In this document: positions 12,830-26,478 of the stretch, in pieces
Layout of the letters: the number at the start of each line of letters is the position of its first letter
Numbering within the stretch: the first letter of the stretch is position 1
Notes under the pieces: generated by a model
Told to the model about the DNA's origin: nothing
The model's database searches: none
The model's input: the letters and a program-made list of their open reading frames with translations, nothing else
Made by a program: the position numbers and the translations under genes
DNA from: Trichosphaerium sp. ATCC 40318
Taxonomy: Eukaryota > Protista > Tubulinea
DNA length: 64,000 bases
NCBI GenBank assembly: GCA_038496445.1
Contig: JALMLS010000279.1
Location: 62,001 to 126,000 of the forward strand
Direction of reading: 5' to 3'

Positions 12830-13130
12830 GGGTCCCTTCCTCTGTCACTAAAGTATGATACGTATGATTAGCCGCACCTGCAAGTTTTTTGATACATTGG
12901 TAGCTCTAAAGATCCCGGCGATATGTACACAGTCTGTACTTTCGCAGCTTGAACAAAAGAATTCTAACAGTTTTGTGCATGCATCCCAATGTTTGTAAGC
13001 GGTGTTAAGAAGGACTCCGGCTTCAATGCATCGACAATACAACACCGCTTCATCATTAAAAACTACCCTTGCAGATCTACTGAATCTTATAACTTTGGTG
13101 CAGTATTCAATAGCGGTTCACTTTGAGTGA
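12830..13130 (-). pseudogene. Degenerate TPR-like gene fragment
   Basis: Reads AIEYCTKVIRF...AVLYCRCIEAGVLLNTAYKHWDACTKLLEF, a TPR-like pattern. Flanked by stops, with no coherent gene model. Confidence 0.3.
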
Positions 13131-14319
13131 CTTTTTTGTAGCACGGTTATTTTCTGTCAATGGTTTTACAGTTTGGCTTTAATTCTGTCTCTACTCTAGT
13201 GGTAAAATTGCAGTAATACTCGCCAATAGTGAAAGTACTTCAAGAAGAACGAACACAGTCATTCCGGAATAGATAGGGATGCTTTCTTGTTAGTAAGGGG
13301 TTCTAGTACTTGTATGAGATCAAATAAAAAAATGGTGAACATCCCGTATGTTTTATAAAAGTTACTCCTCTCCCGCACAGTGTGAAGCAAAAAGGGATAT
13401 AAAAAACTATTCAACAAGAGAGTCTTTTCAAACGTTACTCCCAAAAGGGGATAAACTAACTCTCTCACATCTCCGTTGGTCCTATTTTTCTGGTGACAAG
13501 CACCTATTTCTAACAGGACCAACGCACTTGCAACAGTTGAAAATGATTGTCAAACAGAAATTCTATACATTTATCTCCGTTGTTTTAAACTTACGTAATG
13601 TTTATGTTGCTATACAACAAAAACGCAATTCAATGGATGCGGGTATACATTAAAACAATGACAGAAATTCAGGTGTACCACTTTGGTTATTCTTGTTCAC
13701 GTGATAATTAAAAAAAAATGCCTTGAAACAACGGAGAAAAAGGTTTAACCGTAGCGTATCACAGGGATTTACTGCTTACTTACCTGCACAAAGTTTTTGT
13801 AATAAACTCCATCCTCCAAAACAAACACTACGATAAGGTGGCAAGGATCAAAAATGTCGCTTCTCTTGTTTTAAAAGAAAACAAATAGTTTACTTTTTTG
13901 TGAACAGTATACTTTATAACGTAATAATACAATCATACTATTTAAAATGGGCTATGAGAATACCAAAGGCACCTTTCAGTATCACCCAAAAAGCGTAACA
14001 GTCCTCCCTTATAATTTTGCAGTGCTTGCTTAAATTACCTTAAACAAAACAAAAAAAAACTTCAAAACTAAGCGTCGCAGTACCACAAATCACTTTCCCG
14101 CAGTAAAAAACAGTACTACCGGCAGATACTATTTGATTCTTTTCCCTCATCCTCACTTACATCGAAAAAAATGACGTACAGAAGAAGCCGTAAACATAGG
14201 TGTAGCAACAAAGGTACTTTTACGACGCGAAATTTTTTTGCAGCACGTGCAGCAATCACATTATCTCCTTGTTGCCTACTTCAAAACTACAGCTTCATTT
14301 TTCATACAAACACAACACA

Positions 14320-15546
14320 ATGACAACACACCATCCAATGGCTCCCCCACTTCTTTCTACAGCTGAACGCAATGCTCTAGGACAGAATATGCCTTACCAC
14401 GACAATAAAATCTCTCAATATAAGATCTCCGGCGTCCTTGGGAAGGGTGTGACAGCTGTAGTCCTAGCCGCCACTCATCGTGATACAAAAGAAAAAGTTG
14501 CTCTCAAATTTATCAATGGCGACTTTTATAAAGAGCATAGTCACTTCGTACAAAGAGAAGTAAGGGCACACGCTCAATTTGACCACCCAAATATATTGAA
14601 AATGAAGGATGTTTTCATGCATAAGGTAAAAACAATCAAACAAAAAATATTTTTCTTTACCTATTTCGGCGTGAATTATCACGTGTTTTACGCGAAGCGC
14701 CGTCGTGTTTTTTTTTTTTCGTAAAGAGATACATTTGTTTTAGTTACTTTTAGTAATTCTTTTTCGTAGGGCTCTCCTGTTATCGTATTAGAAAGAGCAA
14801 AGGAAAGCTTGGAAAATATTTTAAAAACCCGAAAACGCCTCAAACCCTCAAGAACAAAAGCGATTATTCGTCAAACACTATCTGCTGTAAAGTTTATACA
14901 TCACAAAGGATGGATACACAGAGATGTTAAACTTGGTACGTTACACTGAAACGCTATTTTTACGAAACCAAAAAAAAATCAACACAAAATTTTTTCGTTT
15001 TGTTGTTGATTGTTCTCCTTTTAAAAAATCTCTTCTCTTTGACGCCTTACATCGCTAACTTTATTCCTTATAGAGAATATTCTAATTGGTTACGACGGAC
15101 AAGTAAAACTAGCCGATTTTGGCTTCGCTATGGAGATCGGAGATAAGACGACTTGTCTCTCTGGTTCGCCTGAATATATGCCTCCGGAATGCTTCAAAGG
15201 TTCGAGCTACGATGAACGCTTCGACATTTGGTCCGTGGGTATTTTGGTTCACGTGCTTTTATGTGGAAGAATACCAAATAGACTAACAGACCCTGATACA
15301 CTACTTTTACTTCGTAAAGAGATGTTACGCATTAAGAAAGAAGGTGGTTTCAATTGGGAACGAATTGATGATTTACATTCGGAGGATGTGAACTTTATGA
15401 ATTTTGTTTTGAACGTTGACCCACGCAAGAGACCTTCTGCTGACTTGTGCCTTGAATCTGAATGGTTCAGAGGAGCATGTAGTACGATACCTATACAAAA
15501 GAAGTGGCACAAATTTTTGACAACAATAAAAAAAGCAAAAGCTTGA
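14320..15546 (+). CDS. Ser/Thr protein kinase (CAMK/Aurora-like), two introns
   Basis: GKGVTAVV, VALK, HRDVK(L)ENIL across an intron, DFG, GSPEYMPPE, DIWSVG. Introns at about 14626-14769 and 14936-15073. Confidence 0.92.
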
Positions 15547-15908
15547 ATGGAACAGCAAAAAATTTGAAACAAAATGTACATAAAAAAAAACCCCACCAAC
15601 CAACCCAAATGAAAAACTTGTAATACTAATGAAATAATAATAATAATACCTCTATATATTTCGTAGTTTCTAGTTCTTTTTAGACCCTTTTCTCGACACA
15701 TTCGGAATAAAAGAAAACAAAATTTTGATTACAATAATGGTTTTTTGGTGGCAGAGACTCTTTAGAAAATCGTTTCAGTAGTAAATAAGGAAGTACTTGT
15801 TGTTCTCAACTTTCACGTCATACCACATCCATAGTTCACATTGCGAAGTTTTGTAGGTATAAAGAACACTGTAGTGACAGTCACTACTAGCTAGTCTTCG
15901 AGACCTTA

Positions 15909-17232
15909 TCAAATAATTGCTAAATAGGTTTTTAGCTGCGAAGACTGTAATGACGTTTCCTCCTGCATTAGTTTCAACGTACAGCGAGTGTGTTGGCGTC
16001 ATTCCAAGTGGATAGGTTCGCTTTTAGTTTGTTTTGTTCGTGCTGTGCGTTTTTTTTAATCAAGTTGTGCAAAGCCCAATCTTCTCTAGCAAAAACGTGG
16101 TCTGTCCTAAAAACGGCAAAAACAATAAGATACTACTAAAACTGCACGTGAACTGCAAATAAACGCACAAGCTTAACCGTAATGCAGCGCAAAAATCTCC
16201 TTAAGAAGTACGTCAAAATCACATTGGACAACTAAGAAACTGCCGTACCGCCACCATCGCCTGATGAGAACATTAGACAACAGAAAATAATTTAAAAAAA
16301 AAACAACCACAAATCATTGCTATTCTGTTACGTACCAACGTAAACGTTCGTCCCGGACTTTATCAGTTTTGAAACAGCTGTTCCTATGAGGATGGTTGAG
16401 GATGGTTTAGGATGGTATTGCGTTAAAGAGGTACCCTTGCACAGATTCGGATGACATCCTTTAACAGAAACTTGTAAGACTGTGTCTAACATTTTTACGA
16501 ATACGTACGTTCAATGTCACACGTTGTAGACTCATATGGGCTAATGTTAAGCCTACCATCATCTGAAAAATGAGCTTTGTTGGTTACAACTTCATCAAAA
16601 AAATCCATTGGAAATCCAGATCCCTACACATGTCTTAGGAGTTTAACACTACCTTATGCGGTCATATACCTTTAGTACTTGCTCTATGAATACCCAGTTA
16701 CTATCGCTGATAATGTACAACTTCGTATTGGGCCGTTCTTTGAGTTGTTTAAGTACAGATACCAAAGAAGGCTACCCCAGATATGAGAAGCGTCTACATA
16801 GCGTAAAGAACAATACCTGTAGCTTGGCTGCTTGCATACACTCTTCAACTTGTTTTCTCGTTATCCCAAGGTCAAATAACTTGCCCATTGTGTCATCCTA
16901 TCAGCGCTTAGTGTGATTGTTTGAAAGGAAGGAACTCGGGCATTTTTAGAGCGCTGTGAACGGTTTTGTAAATTTTGAGCTTATAATGTATATCTCGGCG
17001 TTCGGACGCGTGGAGAGTATGTAGAGAGGTGTACCATGAACTTTGTCCAACCTCCAGGCGCAGATCTATCATACGTTTTAAAATAACCATCTTTGTACAT
17101 TTTAGGCGCTAGTGCTTCCACCACATAAGTGTCAGTGTTTTTATCTACCAATAATGACCTAACAACCATTAATCTTTACGGCTGAGAGTAACCATACCAA
17201 TCAAAGTCGAAAAACACAGATAAGGTCGCCAT
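15909..17232 (-). CDS. PHOSPHO1/PHOSPHO2-family HAD phosphatase (pyridoxal-phosphate/phosphocholine phosphatase-like)
   Basis: VFFDFDWSLL (motif I), IISDSNWVFIE, FFDEVVTN, CHPNLCKG, VYVGDGGGDFC (motif IV), DHVFAR. The last exon boundary is approximate. Confidence 0.87.
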
Positions 17233-17474
17233 CTGTTCCTCTGAAAGCCGGTCACGATAGCGAATAGTAAAAAAAAGTAAACGGTGTAAACATTTCCCAC
17301 AATAAAAACCTTAAGTATTATATGCCGCAGAACAGCTAGCTAACACTAGGTAGTCACGTGTCACTCGCACAATTACAAAATGTTGCTTCAAAGGCATTCC
17401 AAGTAATGTGAGGTGTAGTTGCAACGACTCAAGTATTGATATGCTTGCCCAACTTCCCAATAAATAGTGTTTAT

Positions 17475-19573
17475 TTACGAATGTATTGTACAGCCAGGTA
17501 AGTACTCTTTTATTTCCTCTATCAAAGATGTAGATGATCGTGGTAATTTATAACATCTCCTCACATCCAACTCCTAGAGGTACAAGTTTGTTAAGGATAA
17601 CTGCAGCAAATACAAATCTATTTCGTATCGTACCATAAGATTACTTTTTCCATCCATTGCTTGTTTAAGAACAGCATAAAGCACAGATTCAGGAATAATT
17701 GTACTACATAATAGATCAACTTGACACATGGGTTAATAATTTGATGTACCTTCTTAGCATTAGCGTTATGGGTCTCCTCATTAACAAAAAGCTCATTATG
17801 CTCTGACATAAAGGTGTTAACAACACTATTACAACACTATTACGTGGAAACTTAAACGTACAACACCGACTCTCTCGCAAAAAGAGCAATCCAAATGTTT
17901 TATTTGGCATGCTGAGGCTATAGCTATTATCCAATCATCTAGCATGAGAGTATAGTTAGAACAAAGAAGGCGTTACGTATCATAACCTAAAATAAGCTTG
18001 TTATTGGGCGTACCAGTGACACTGTATAAAGTAGCAACACTTAATCGAACAAGAGTCTTACATGAACAAAGTGCGTTGAGTCCTTTTGATGTAATAAAGC
18101 AACACTCAGAAATATCTAATTCCCTACAAGTAAACAACATTAGTAAACAAAAATTAAGGTTGTCGAAGTATTTAGCTACTTGCAGCTTAGGTAAGTCCTG
18201 GCTCTCTTTTAATGAATTTGTCGAGTGCCAACGAAATAAAAATAATGTTTTCAGAGTCTTTATGTTTGTTTACATACCTTAAGAATCGACATTTTTCTGT
18301 AACATGATGTACACATTTATCATTGAATTCAAGACATCCCTTAACACGTAAAACTGTTAAGTGAGGTACATACTTCCCGAATTTTGTAAATGAAACACTG
18401 GTTATACGAAGGCAATTAGATAGATCAAGCTCAGAAACTGTTCCAAAATTTAAAGCATCAAGAAATCCGGCATCATCAAGTGTATCATAAGAGGCTCTAT
18501 TTTAGAGAAAATTAGTCTTTTGCAGTTTCTTGATTTTTTCTTGGATAGAATATCATCAATTTTACTTACACTCTTCCTCCGTCTATATCTAGATAATAGT
18601 ATACAAGCCTTAGACAACTCCAGCTTGCCATTGCAAAACTTGTCAAGTCAGAGAATAATGTAAAATGACCAAATATTTTTTCGGCAATTTCAGCTGGAAT
18701 CAAATCGATAACACCTAGTCGCTCACACAATTGATTAATTCTTTTATATAAGTATATAAAAATTACCTGTCACTTCCCTCTCTCGATGTCGTATATCAAA
18801 CCTAAGCTCAAAATTCACAGCAAAGCGTTTAGCACCACCTAAAAAAAGTCAACAAAAAGAACAAAAAAATTCTTCTGTACTGCTATCCAGACAGCTCAAT
18901 GACAACACCTTAGCTACTTTACTTTTACTTTAGAAAAACTATGTGAGATTGAGTTGTCTATATTTAAGTATGTACTTTTGTATTCTTGAAGTAGCAAATG
19001 AAGTTAAGATTGATCCTCTAGATGACAAAGAAAGACATTTTCTTTCTAAGTTTAATTTAGGCTTCCCCTTCTGCCAAGTGCAAGAAAAACGCTCTTTCAC
19101 TGCTGTTGATTTTCCTCTCGTATTACTTATCTTTATATCAGATTGCTATACTACAGGTTACGATCGAAAAGGTTCAAAGAACTAAATTCTTCAGACACGT
19201 GTTTTTTTTTTTTTGCAAAACGAACCCAAAGTTTTTCCCTCATATCTCTTCTTTTTACATCATTTTGTAGAGCTTGTGGGTTGTTTGAAACACGTTTAGG
19301 TGATTTTTGTCGCATACTAGAAAGAATACGTGATTTAAGGGATTTTCTTTTCTCTTGTACGCTACAGAACAAAGCAGTTGTTAATTTGGTTCGTTGGAGA
19401 AATTAAATGAATAATTTTGTTTTGTACCGATTTGTAGCGTTAGGTGATGCCTCTATTTTACTTTTCCACGCCTTACAAACGCAAATACACGCCCCATGAG
19501 TTTTGTCATCCATAAACTGTAACAGTAGCGTACGAAGACGCTCGTTATGTACCAAACAAGTGTTTAGGTCCAT
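17475..19573 (-). CDS. Intron-containing F-box/LRR (FBXL-like) protein
   Basis: F-box-like DLIPAEIAEKIF and LRRs ELDLSNCLRIT, LRVKGCLEFND, ELDVRRCYKL. Stop at 17475-17477. The N-terminal exon also looks F-box-like (CVCKAWK). Confidence 0.75.
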
Positions 19574-20102
19574 CAGATATCGTGTTATGCTACTGACAAC
19601 CAAAAAAAGACTAAACGTGTTCTGTTAACGCACAAATATATGAGTAGTGTGAAAATTAATTGCTACAACATAATCTATGCCTTCATAGTTGCCATACTTG
19701 GTACAAAGCAGACTTAATCACCACTTACAGATATTCGGCCAAAACTGCCAAAATACAGCAGTGTACGTAGCATAAGTATGTAGGAAATGGTTGAGGCGCT
19801 TTTGTGCTTAGTGAGTGTCAGCTGAAAGTGTGACTTTGCCAGTCAAAGCAACCCACAGTCAGACGTTAGTTGAATTCATTTTCGAGCATAACGGTACAAC
19901 CTACGTCACGTAAGCAACGCCACACGTTACTCAAGAGGTATTGTATTTACTTGACAGACCATGTCGTGTCAAAACAAAGTTGCTTGAAACAACAAGCTAC
20001 TAGTTTACAAAACATGCTTCAGATCCAATATCACTTCCTTTTATAGCGTCACTGATGTTTTTTACGCTGATGTGATTATTTCTAACGAAGTTTATAGCCA
20101 AC

Positions 20103-22038
20103 ATGATTCCAAACAAGCGAAAATATACTACAGTCAATACAGCGAGTGCAAAGAGACAGAAAACAGGTCACAATAAATTATCCATTGGCATTGCTTCCTG
20201 CAAATGGTACCAACTTTTCTGAACTTCAAAAAACCCAATCTGTAAGATTTTCGCCTCGCTCAACCTCTACAAGGTACCTATCAGGTAGAAAAGTATGGGT
20301 AGATGATGTCCTTCTAAAGGATGAACTAAAATCACGTGGTGTGTAAGTCACAAAACGACACAACGTAAAAAACACCAATCCTTTGTTAGAGATGTCAAGA
20401 TATTCAATTGGCGACAAAATAGTGTTGCAACACTTGAAACTTCTTATGATGTTATAATCTTACGTACTCCTTGGTGAGTCTATTGGATTAGCCAAAACCT
20501 TTATTAGTTTCCTAACAACGTCATAGGGATTATCCAAAAACACCAGAACTTTTCTTGAGTTGGGTAAACCAGCTACAACAATCTGCACAGTACGTTCTTG
20601 CAATTACTTAAAAATAGAAAAAAACCGAATCAAGGGCCTACCTTTGCCCGTTATTTTAGAAAGGCACATTCAAAACCACAAACCAAAGTGGTGGCGACAT
20701 AAGTAGCTACGAGGCAATATTTTTCCTTTTTTTTCTATTTTTTTCCTGTTTTATTTTTTTTTGTTTAATACTCTTAGTCTCGTACTTGTTAATGGCAAGT
20801 TCATGAACTGGAACTTAAAGAAGAATCACTATTTGACTGATTTAACAGAAAAATTTGGAACTGAACCATGCGCAACTGGTTACATACCAAAAACAGCATT
20901 CTTTCATGTACGACTCTTTTTTTGTCTTTTTTTTTCACTTGTTAATAACCATGTGATCACGTGATAATCCGGAATTGACTTATGGTATTCAATAGAATCC
21001 TAAACAGTATAAAGCTCTACCAGTTGAGCACCGTAAATACTCAGAAACGTACAAGAAAGCTGAACTCAAACAAACAATTGAGAACAAATTTCGAGGTGTT
21101 GCATCTGCTGGTTATGTAGTAAAACCTTGTGTCTCTTGTGATGGAGACAACGTCAGTAGTTTTAATACCGTATCTAATGGAGCTCTGGTAAGTCCTCTAT
21201 CCGGAAGTATTACTTCAAATCTAAGTCTGTTAGAATCATCTATACAAGTTTTCAACAACTCCAGGAGGCGCTATCGTACAGCCTTACCTTAATTGTGTGA
21301 ACCAAAATAACGGTGAACAAGGATTAGTATTTTTAAATGGAAAATATTCCCATACTCTAGCACGTGGTGGATTCAAGTCCAACTTCAGAAAAGTAAGAAA
21401 AACGCTAAAAGGCTCCAGTTTTTCTTATTTGTAAAATTAGATTTTGAACGATGACAATGTTTCCATTGCTCTAAAGCTGTTCGCTGAGGAAATAATTTCA
21501 TTTGTGCAAAAGAAGTTCGGAGAGACTCCTACATACGCACGAGTTGACTTGGTACCTGACGCAAATGGATGTCCACTACTGATGGAGCTCGAACTTGCTG
21601 AACCTTCACTTCACATCAACAATAAGAGTGAATGCATGAGTCCAGGCGCTCTTTCTTCTGAGGACTTTACATCAGCATTTGCTGATGCCATACTATCAGC
21701 ACCTGGAATTGGTGTTTCCAAAGATGAGACTACTACCATTACAGAGGACAAGTCGGAAAAGGCACCAATATCAGTAAGTGTAAAGCAAAAAAACCTTCTC
21801 TTACTTTTTGTAGGATAAGCCCTCTGCAGATTCCTCAACACCTGCTGTTGTTGGAGGCTCTGCTAAGCCTATAAAAGAGTTTTTAGAATCTTTAGGGTTA
21901 CAGCAGTACATCAAAGTGTTTAGTGATTATGGTCTAGATACTGCTGGCGATATTTTACTTCTAACTGATGAGATGTGGTCAGAGATTGATGTAAAGAAAT
22001 TTCACAAACATAAAATGTTAGTTCACGCAAAGCAATAA
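20103..22038 (+). CDS. RimK/DcsG-like ATP-grasp ligase with C-terminal SAM domain; start uncertain
   Basis: IILRTPWDY, MNWNLKKNHYL, YVVKPCVS, IVQPYL, GEQGLVFLNGKYSH, YARVDL, LLMELELAEPSL. Last exon is SAM-like: EFLESLGLQQYIKVF...HKHKML. Confidence 0.8.
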
Positions 22039-22368
22039 ATCTGTTTATCAATGGAAAGTTTCAAGAAAACAATGTTCCATTCTCTACACAACGATAACCG
22101 TTGGTAACATGTAACCATGAGCTACTTACTTGGTGCGAGAAAGAAGGATGTCTAAGTGCGTCACCGTTAAGGTCTACTCGAGGCATGTAGCTGTTGACAA
22201 TGTTGTTTGGTTCCCCAATAGTAAAGCACTCGCCATTAGCATCTATGGAGACAAAGAAGCAACTTGTTAATAAACCCGAAGAGTTCGTGAAACAATAAAT
22301 TAGTTTTAAACCATCTAATCTCTTTAATTATTAACACCAATGCTACTAGACTAAGTTTAGAGTATAGT

Positions 22369-22872
22369 TTGGTCGATTTACCACTAGAATTACAATACAT
22401 GATAATAGACGCATCTATGCATGTCTACAATATATGGCCACGCATAAGCAAGCGTACAGCGGTGACAACACGGTTCAACAATAATCTACAAAAACATGGC
22501 GAATGGAAGCGTTTTTATACAAAGAAAAACACTTGGAAGAACGCAAATAACAAACCTTTGTACTACCCTTCTTTTATTATGTGCAAGTGCTCTTTCAAAG
22601 ACGGAAAAATGAATGGGGAATATCAACAATTTGATACTTGTGGAATCATGTGTTACTCTTGTACGTATGTTGAAGGTTTAAGAAATGGATGTGAACAATA
22701 CTGGAATAATGATGGAAATCTTTGGAAGAGTATCATGTACTTAAATGGAAAGAAGCATGGTTCTTTTAAAGCATGGTGGGAAAACGGTAGACCTTTAAGT
22801 ATTGGAACTTATGAACATGGAAAAAGGGTGCAAATCACTCATTTTGATAGAACTGGAATTGTTCGAACATGA
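22369..22872 (+). CDS. Intronless F-box-like plus MORN-variant repeat protein
   Basis: DLPLELQYMII (F-box-like), then repeats FKDGKMNGEY, YVEGLRNG, YLNGKKHG, YEHGKR. No in-frame ATG before the F-box-like segment. Confidence 0.7.
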   Translation: MVDLPLELQYMIIDASMHVYNIWPRISKRTAVTTRFNNNLQKHGEWKRFYTKKNTWKNANNKPLYYPSFIMCKCSFKDGKMNGEYQQFDTCGIMCYSCTYVEGLRNGCEQYWNNDGNLWKSIMYLNGKKHGSFKAWWENGRPLSIGTYEHGKRVQITHFDRTGIVRT

Positions 22873-23066
22873 CAACAATGTTGGCAATAACTAGTCGTTG
22901 ATGCTATTGCAAGATGGTGGTGATCTTCTCTTTAGCAATTAAAAACCTTTAAGACAACTTCCCCATGTATTAAATTATGGTTTCTTGGCTTGTCACCTTT
23001 TTTGTTGATCAAAAGTTATTTTGACTGGTTTTTATTTAATACAACACAAACAGATACTTTTTCCTT

Positions 23067-26000
23067 TTATTTGGTCTGCTTGAATTCACTTATTCCTGTA
23101 CCACAAAGGGCAACTAGCTCAAAAGTACTCTAAAGAAGAGAAATCAGAAAACAAGAGAAAACTAAGCCGAGAAATTAAAGACAATAGTGAACGCCAAATG
23201 TTACATTGTGTAAATGATGCAGTTAAGAATGTCACCCAAAGTAATGAGTTTTTGGGCAAAAAACGTAATACGCAGTTTATCTTGAACTACTTGCGCAACA
23301 GTGGCTTCAAAACCAAGCTTGCTTTTCATTCTTACAAAAAAAAATCTTTTTTCAAAAAAAACACTTCTATGAGTTGTACCTGAATGCCTGGTTGATATGT
23401 GCATGGCACAATTATATATGGCTTATTTGCCTTAAATGATGTTTCTATGGTTACATATTGACTTGTGATAAAGTCAGTATACTCTACGCCCATGAATTCT
23501 ATTTTCTTCAAAGACCGACCTGAAAACAACATCAACAAAAAAAACCCGGTTTTTGTCTTCACAACGTACTGCTTGCATTATAAATGTATAGTCCAATACC
23601 AGGAAACTTTGCATGTTTTGGAGATGTATTAATGAGTATAATTTTAGCTTGTGCATCTCCAGAAGCACGAACTAGAAACTCTGGATTGCTATTGAAAGTC
23701 AACACGCTGAAAAAAAAAGAAACAAAAATGTGTACTCATTAAAACTGGCAGTATTTGTCTTACAACCGCCTGCATTAGCTTGATTCCATTCGCTCTAACA
23801 GAATATAAGAACAATATAATTTGCGAGTATTAATTCTTGGCTTTACCTGTAAACGTTGGACATCCCAACCAGATACGCTTTCGGAACGAATAATATTTTC
23901 AGTCGGCATACATCCTGTTTGTTAATTGTAAGCAACAGAGTTGTGAGGTGTGACATTAAACATACGTGCTGACGATAATGTTGCAACAGGTCCGCCTCTA
24001 GATAATTGAGAAAGACCTTCTTTAAGTGCCCTATCATGAGAAAAGGTTAAGAAAAAAAGAAGAAAAAAAAGCCACATCTTTCTTTATACTTACGCATCTA
24101 TGTTTTTTAAAGTTGTTGAAATTGTGCCAACAGATACCTTATATAGATACCCATCTTTGCTCTGCGCAGCAGAAAGCAAGTCTACAAACGCATCACATAG
24201 TTTATCGCCCAAAAGAAACAGTTGAGGTTGGTGTGAAGGGAAGAATCGACCAAGTACTGATAAGTATAATATGACTTTACCAAAATATGAGGTAAAATCT
24301 ACATAACATATAGGCCGAACCTACTAGGTTGTAAGAGATGCTACATCGAAGATATTAACAAACTAATATTATCTTACCCTAAACTGCTCTACCAGCTCTG
24401 ATATAATCTCACCAATCACAATCATTGCGTCTTTAGCATCACTAGCAACTTGATGTGGATGAAACAATTGTTGCTCTTCAATCGTCGTGAACTGAGCTTA
24501 ACAGGACAACAGACGTTAGCTTAATGATTTGAGGATAGAGTAAATTTAGTACTTCTCATGCGCTGTGCAAGTCCCGATACAAGGGTATCTACGATAACAC
24601 GCATGTTACCGTTAACACCAACATTTCCACAAAGAGTTCTTAACTGTTGAAGACAAAAAAAAGTAAGCATTACGTTGAAGGCGGTAGATTTTGGTGACGT
24701 ACAGCGGCATGTTTTGGATAGTAAGCTTTCATTATCTTTAGTATAGATGGTAGTAATTCAGTTACAGGTGTAACAAAGAATACAAAGTCATCACCTAACC
24801 AGTAAAATCAATACACGAAAAGAACCATGCACAGTTTTTTTTCAAGCAACCCAAAAAAAAAAAAAGAAAAAACGAGATAGTAATACACTTACGTCTCATT
24901 CTTTTATGACCTATATCGGTAACATCTGCCAGCCTATCTAAGAACTCTATATATTTCTTTATATGAGGTACAATTGTTGCAATATAATCAAAGAAATCAT
25001 GTTTTACGCTATCTTCGAATATCAATGCAAGATTGTTACCAATATTATCTATATGAGTAGCTACAACATTCACAAACCCTTTGACATACCTAAACCAGTT
25101 ATAAAAGTGATATAGAAGCAATTTTCTTAAAAGCAATCCGATGTAAAGTAAGTGACATACGCTAAAAATTCATCATTGTTCAAATTTATAATCAACTCAT
25201 AGTCTTTGTTGCAATAGCCCACCATAGACTTTACATCACCGGCAATAAGTCTTAATAACTCTGATAAATCTTGAAGCTGTGACACGTCTGGTGGAGAACT
25301 CATTCTATCCAAAGACGACTTGATATGAGAAAACAAAGCGCCTCTGTCAATCTGACAACAAAATCCAATAAATATCAGGTAAAGGTTTCTAATTAAGTGC
25401 TACTAACCCCAGAAGATTGTTTGCCACCTGATACTGCAGCATCTTGTGTGCGTTGAGAAGACGCATTTATACCAATAATAGGTCTAGTAGTCGTCTTGGT
25501 TGCCTGTCCAATTCGTTATTAGATTGACAGATTTTGTCTAGCTAAATGTTGTTTTAACTCACTGTGAACATCGGGGAGGTTATAGGTGCTGTTTTAGGTG
25601 CGGTTTCGGTTGTGTTTATCGTAGCTGTATACATAGCTGGTGATGTGGTTTGTTTTTGTGGTTTCTTGGACGTGACCTAAGTGACAAAATCAAAACAGAG
25701 GAAAGACATCTGATAGCCAGAAAAAAAAATATATCGTACACCAAACAGTTGTGGTTTTTTCACGACTGGTGCAGGAGGTTTATACTGTTTCTGTACTGGA
25801 GGTGATAGAGGGGTTGGAGGATGAGGTGGTGGCGTTGTTTGCACAACAGGTTGTTCCGCTTGGACCTGAGGTTTCTCCGCTTGAAATGTTTGTTTCTGAA
25901 CGGCTCGTTCTATTACAATTTGCTTTGGCGCCTCTGCAACCTTCTAAAATAATACAAACTGTCAGGTAACACTTTGCAGAAAAAAAATACGCACTTCTTG

Positions 26001-26478
26001 CGTTTGTGCTGGTTCTTCGTCAAAAAATTGATCCATAAGATCATCAAGGTCATCAGTCATGCCTGCCTGCGGTTCGGAGTTAATATAGTCCAAACAAAGG
26101 ACGTTTCGTTTTACTAGGCCGAAAAACTTGCAAGGTGGCGACCGATCGCTACATTATAGTCTTTGCGTACGTTTACAGTAGATTGCCTTGGGTCATCAAA
26201 GAAATCATCTAACAGTTGGTCTAAAGCATCTTTTTCGCCCTTTTGCGTATTTTAGAGCAAAATACGTAAAAGAGACGTTTTTGTCACAAAGTAAAACAGG
26301 CAAAAGCGCGTACAGCTTCTTCAGGTACAACAACTTTCTTTTGTGGCTCTGTAGGAGCTAATAGATTGTTTTATGCTTAATTGGTTACTCAAACGTTCGT
26401 ACCTGTGTCTGGTTTCGAGTATACAATGTCGTTTAGCTCATTAAGCATACTATCTAAATCATCACCAAGTTCCGCCAT
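23067..26478 (-). CDS. Multidomain protein: N-terminal LD motifs, Pro-rich linker, helical (DH/RhoGEF-like) region, C-terminal calpain domain III (C2-like)
   Basis: DDLDSMLNEL, DALDQLLDDF, DDLDDLMDQF. Calpain-III signature EWNQANAGGC...NPEF...IGLYIY...YIIVPCTYQPG...FEL. The DH assignment is weak. Confidence 0.7.

Noticed and set aside
22100-22265. VVWFPNSKALAIS beta-propeller-like snippet
   Set aside because: Too short, bounded by stops and could be chance.
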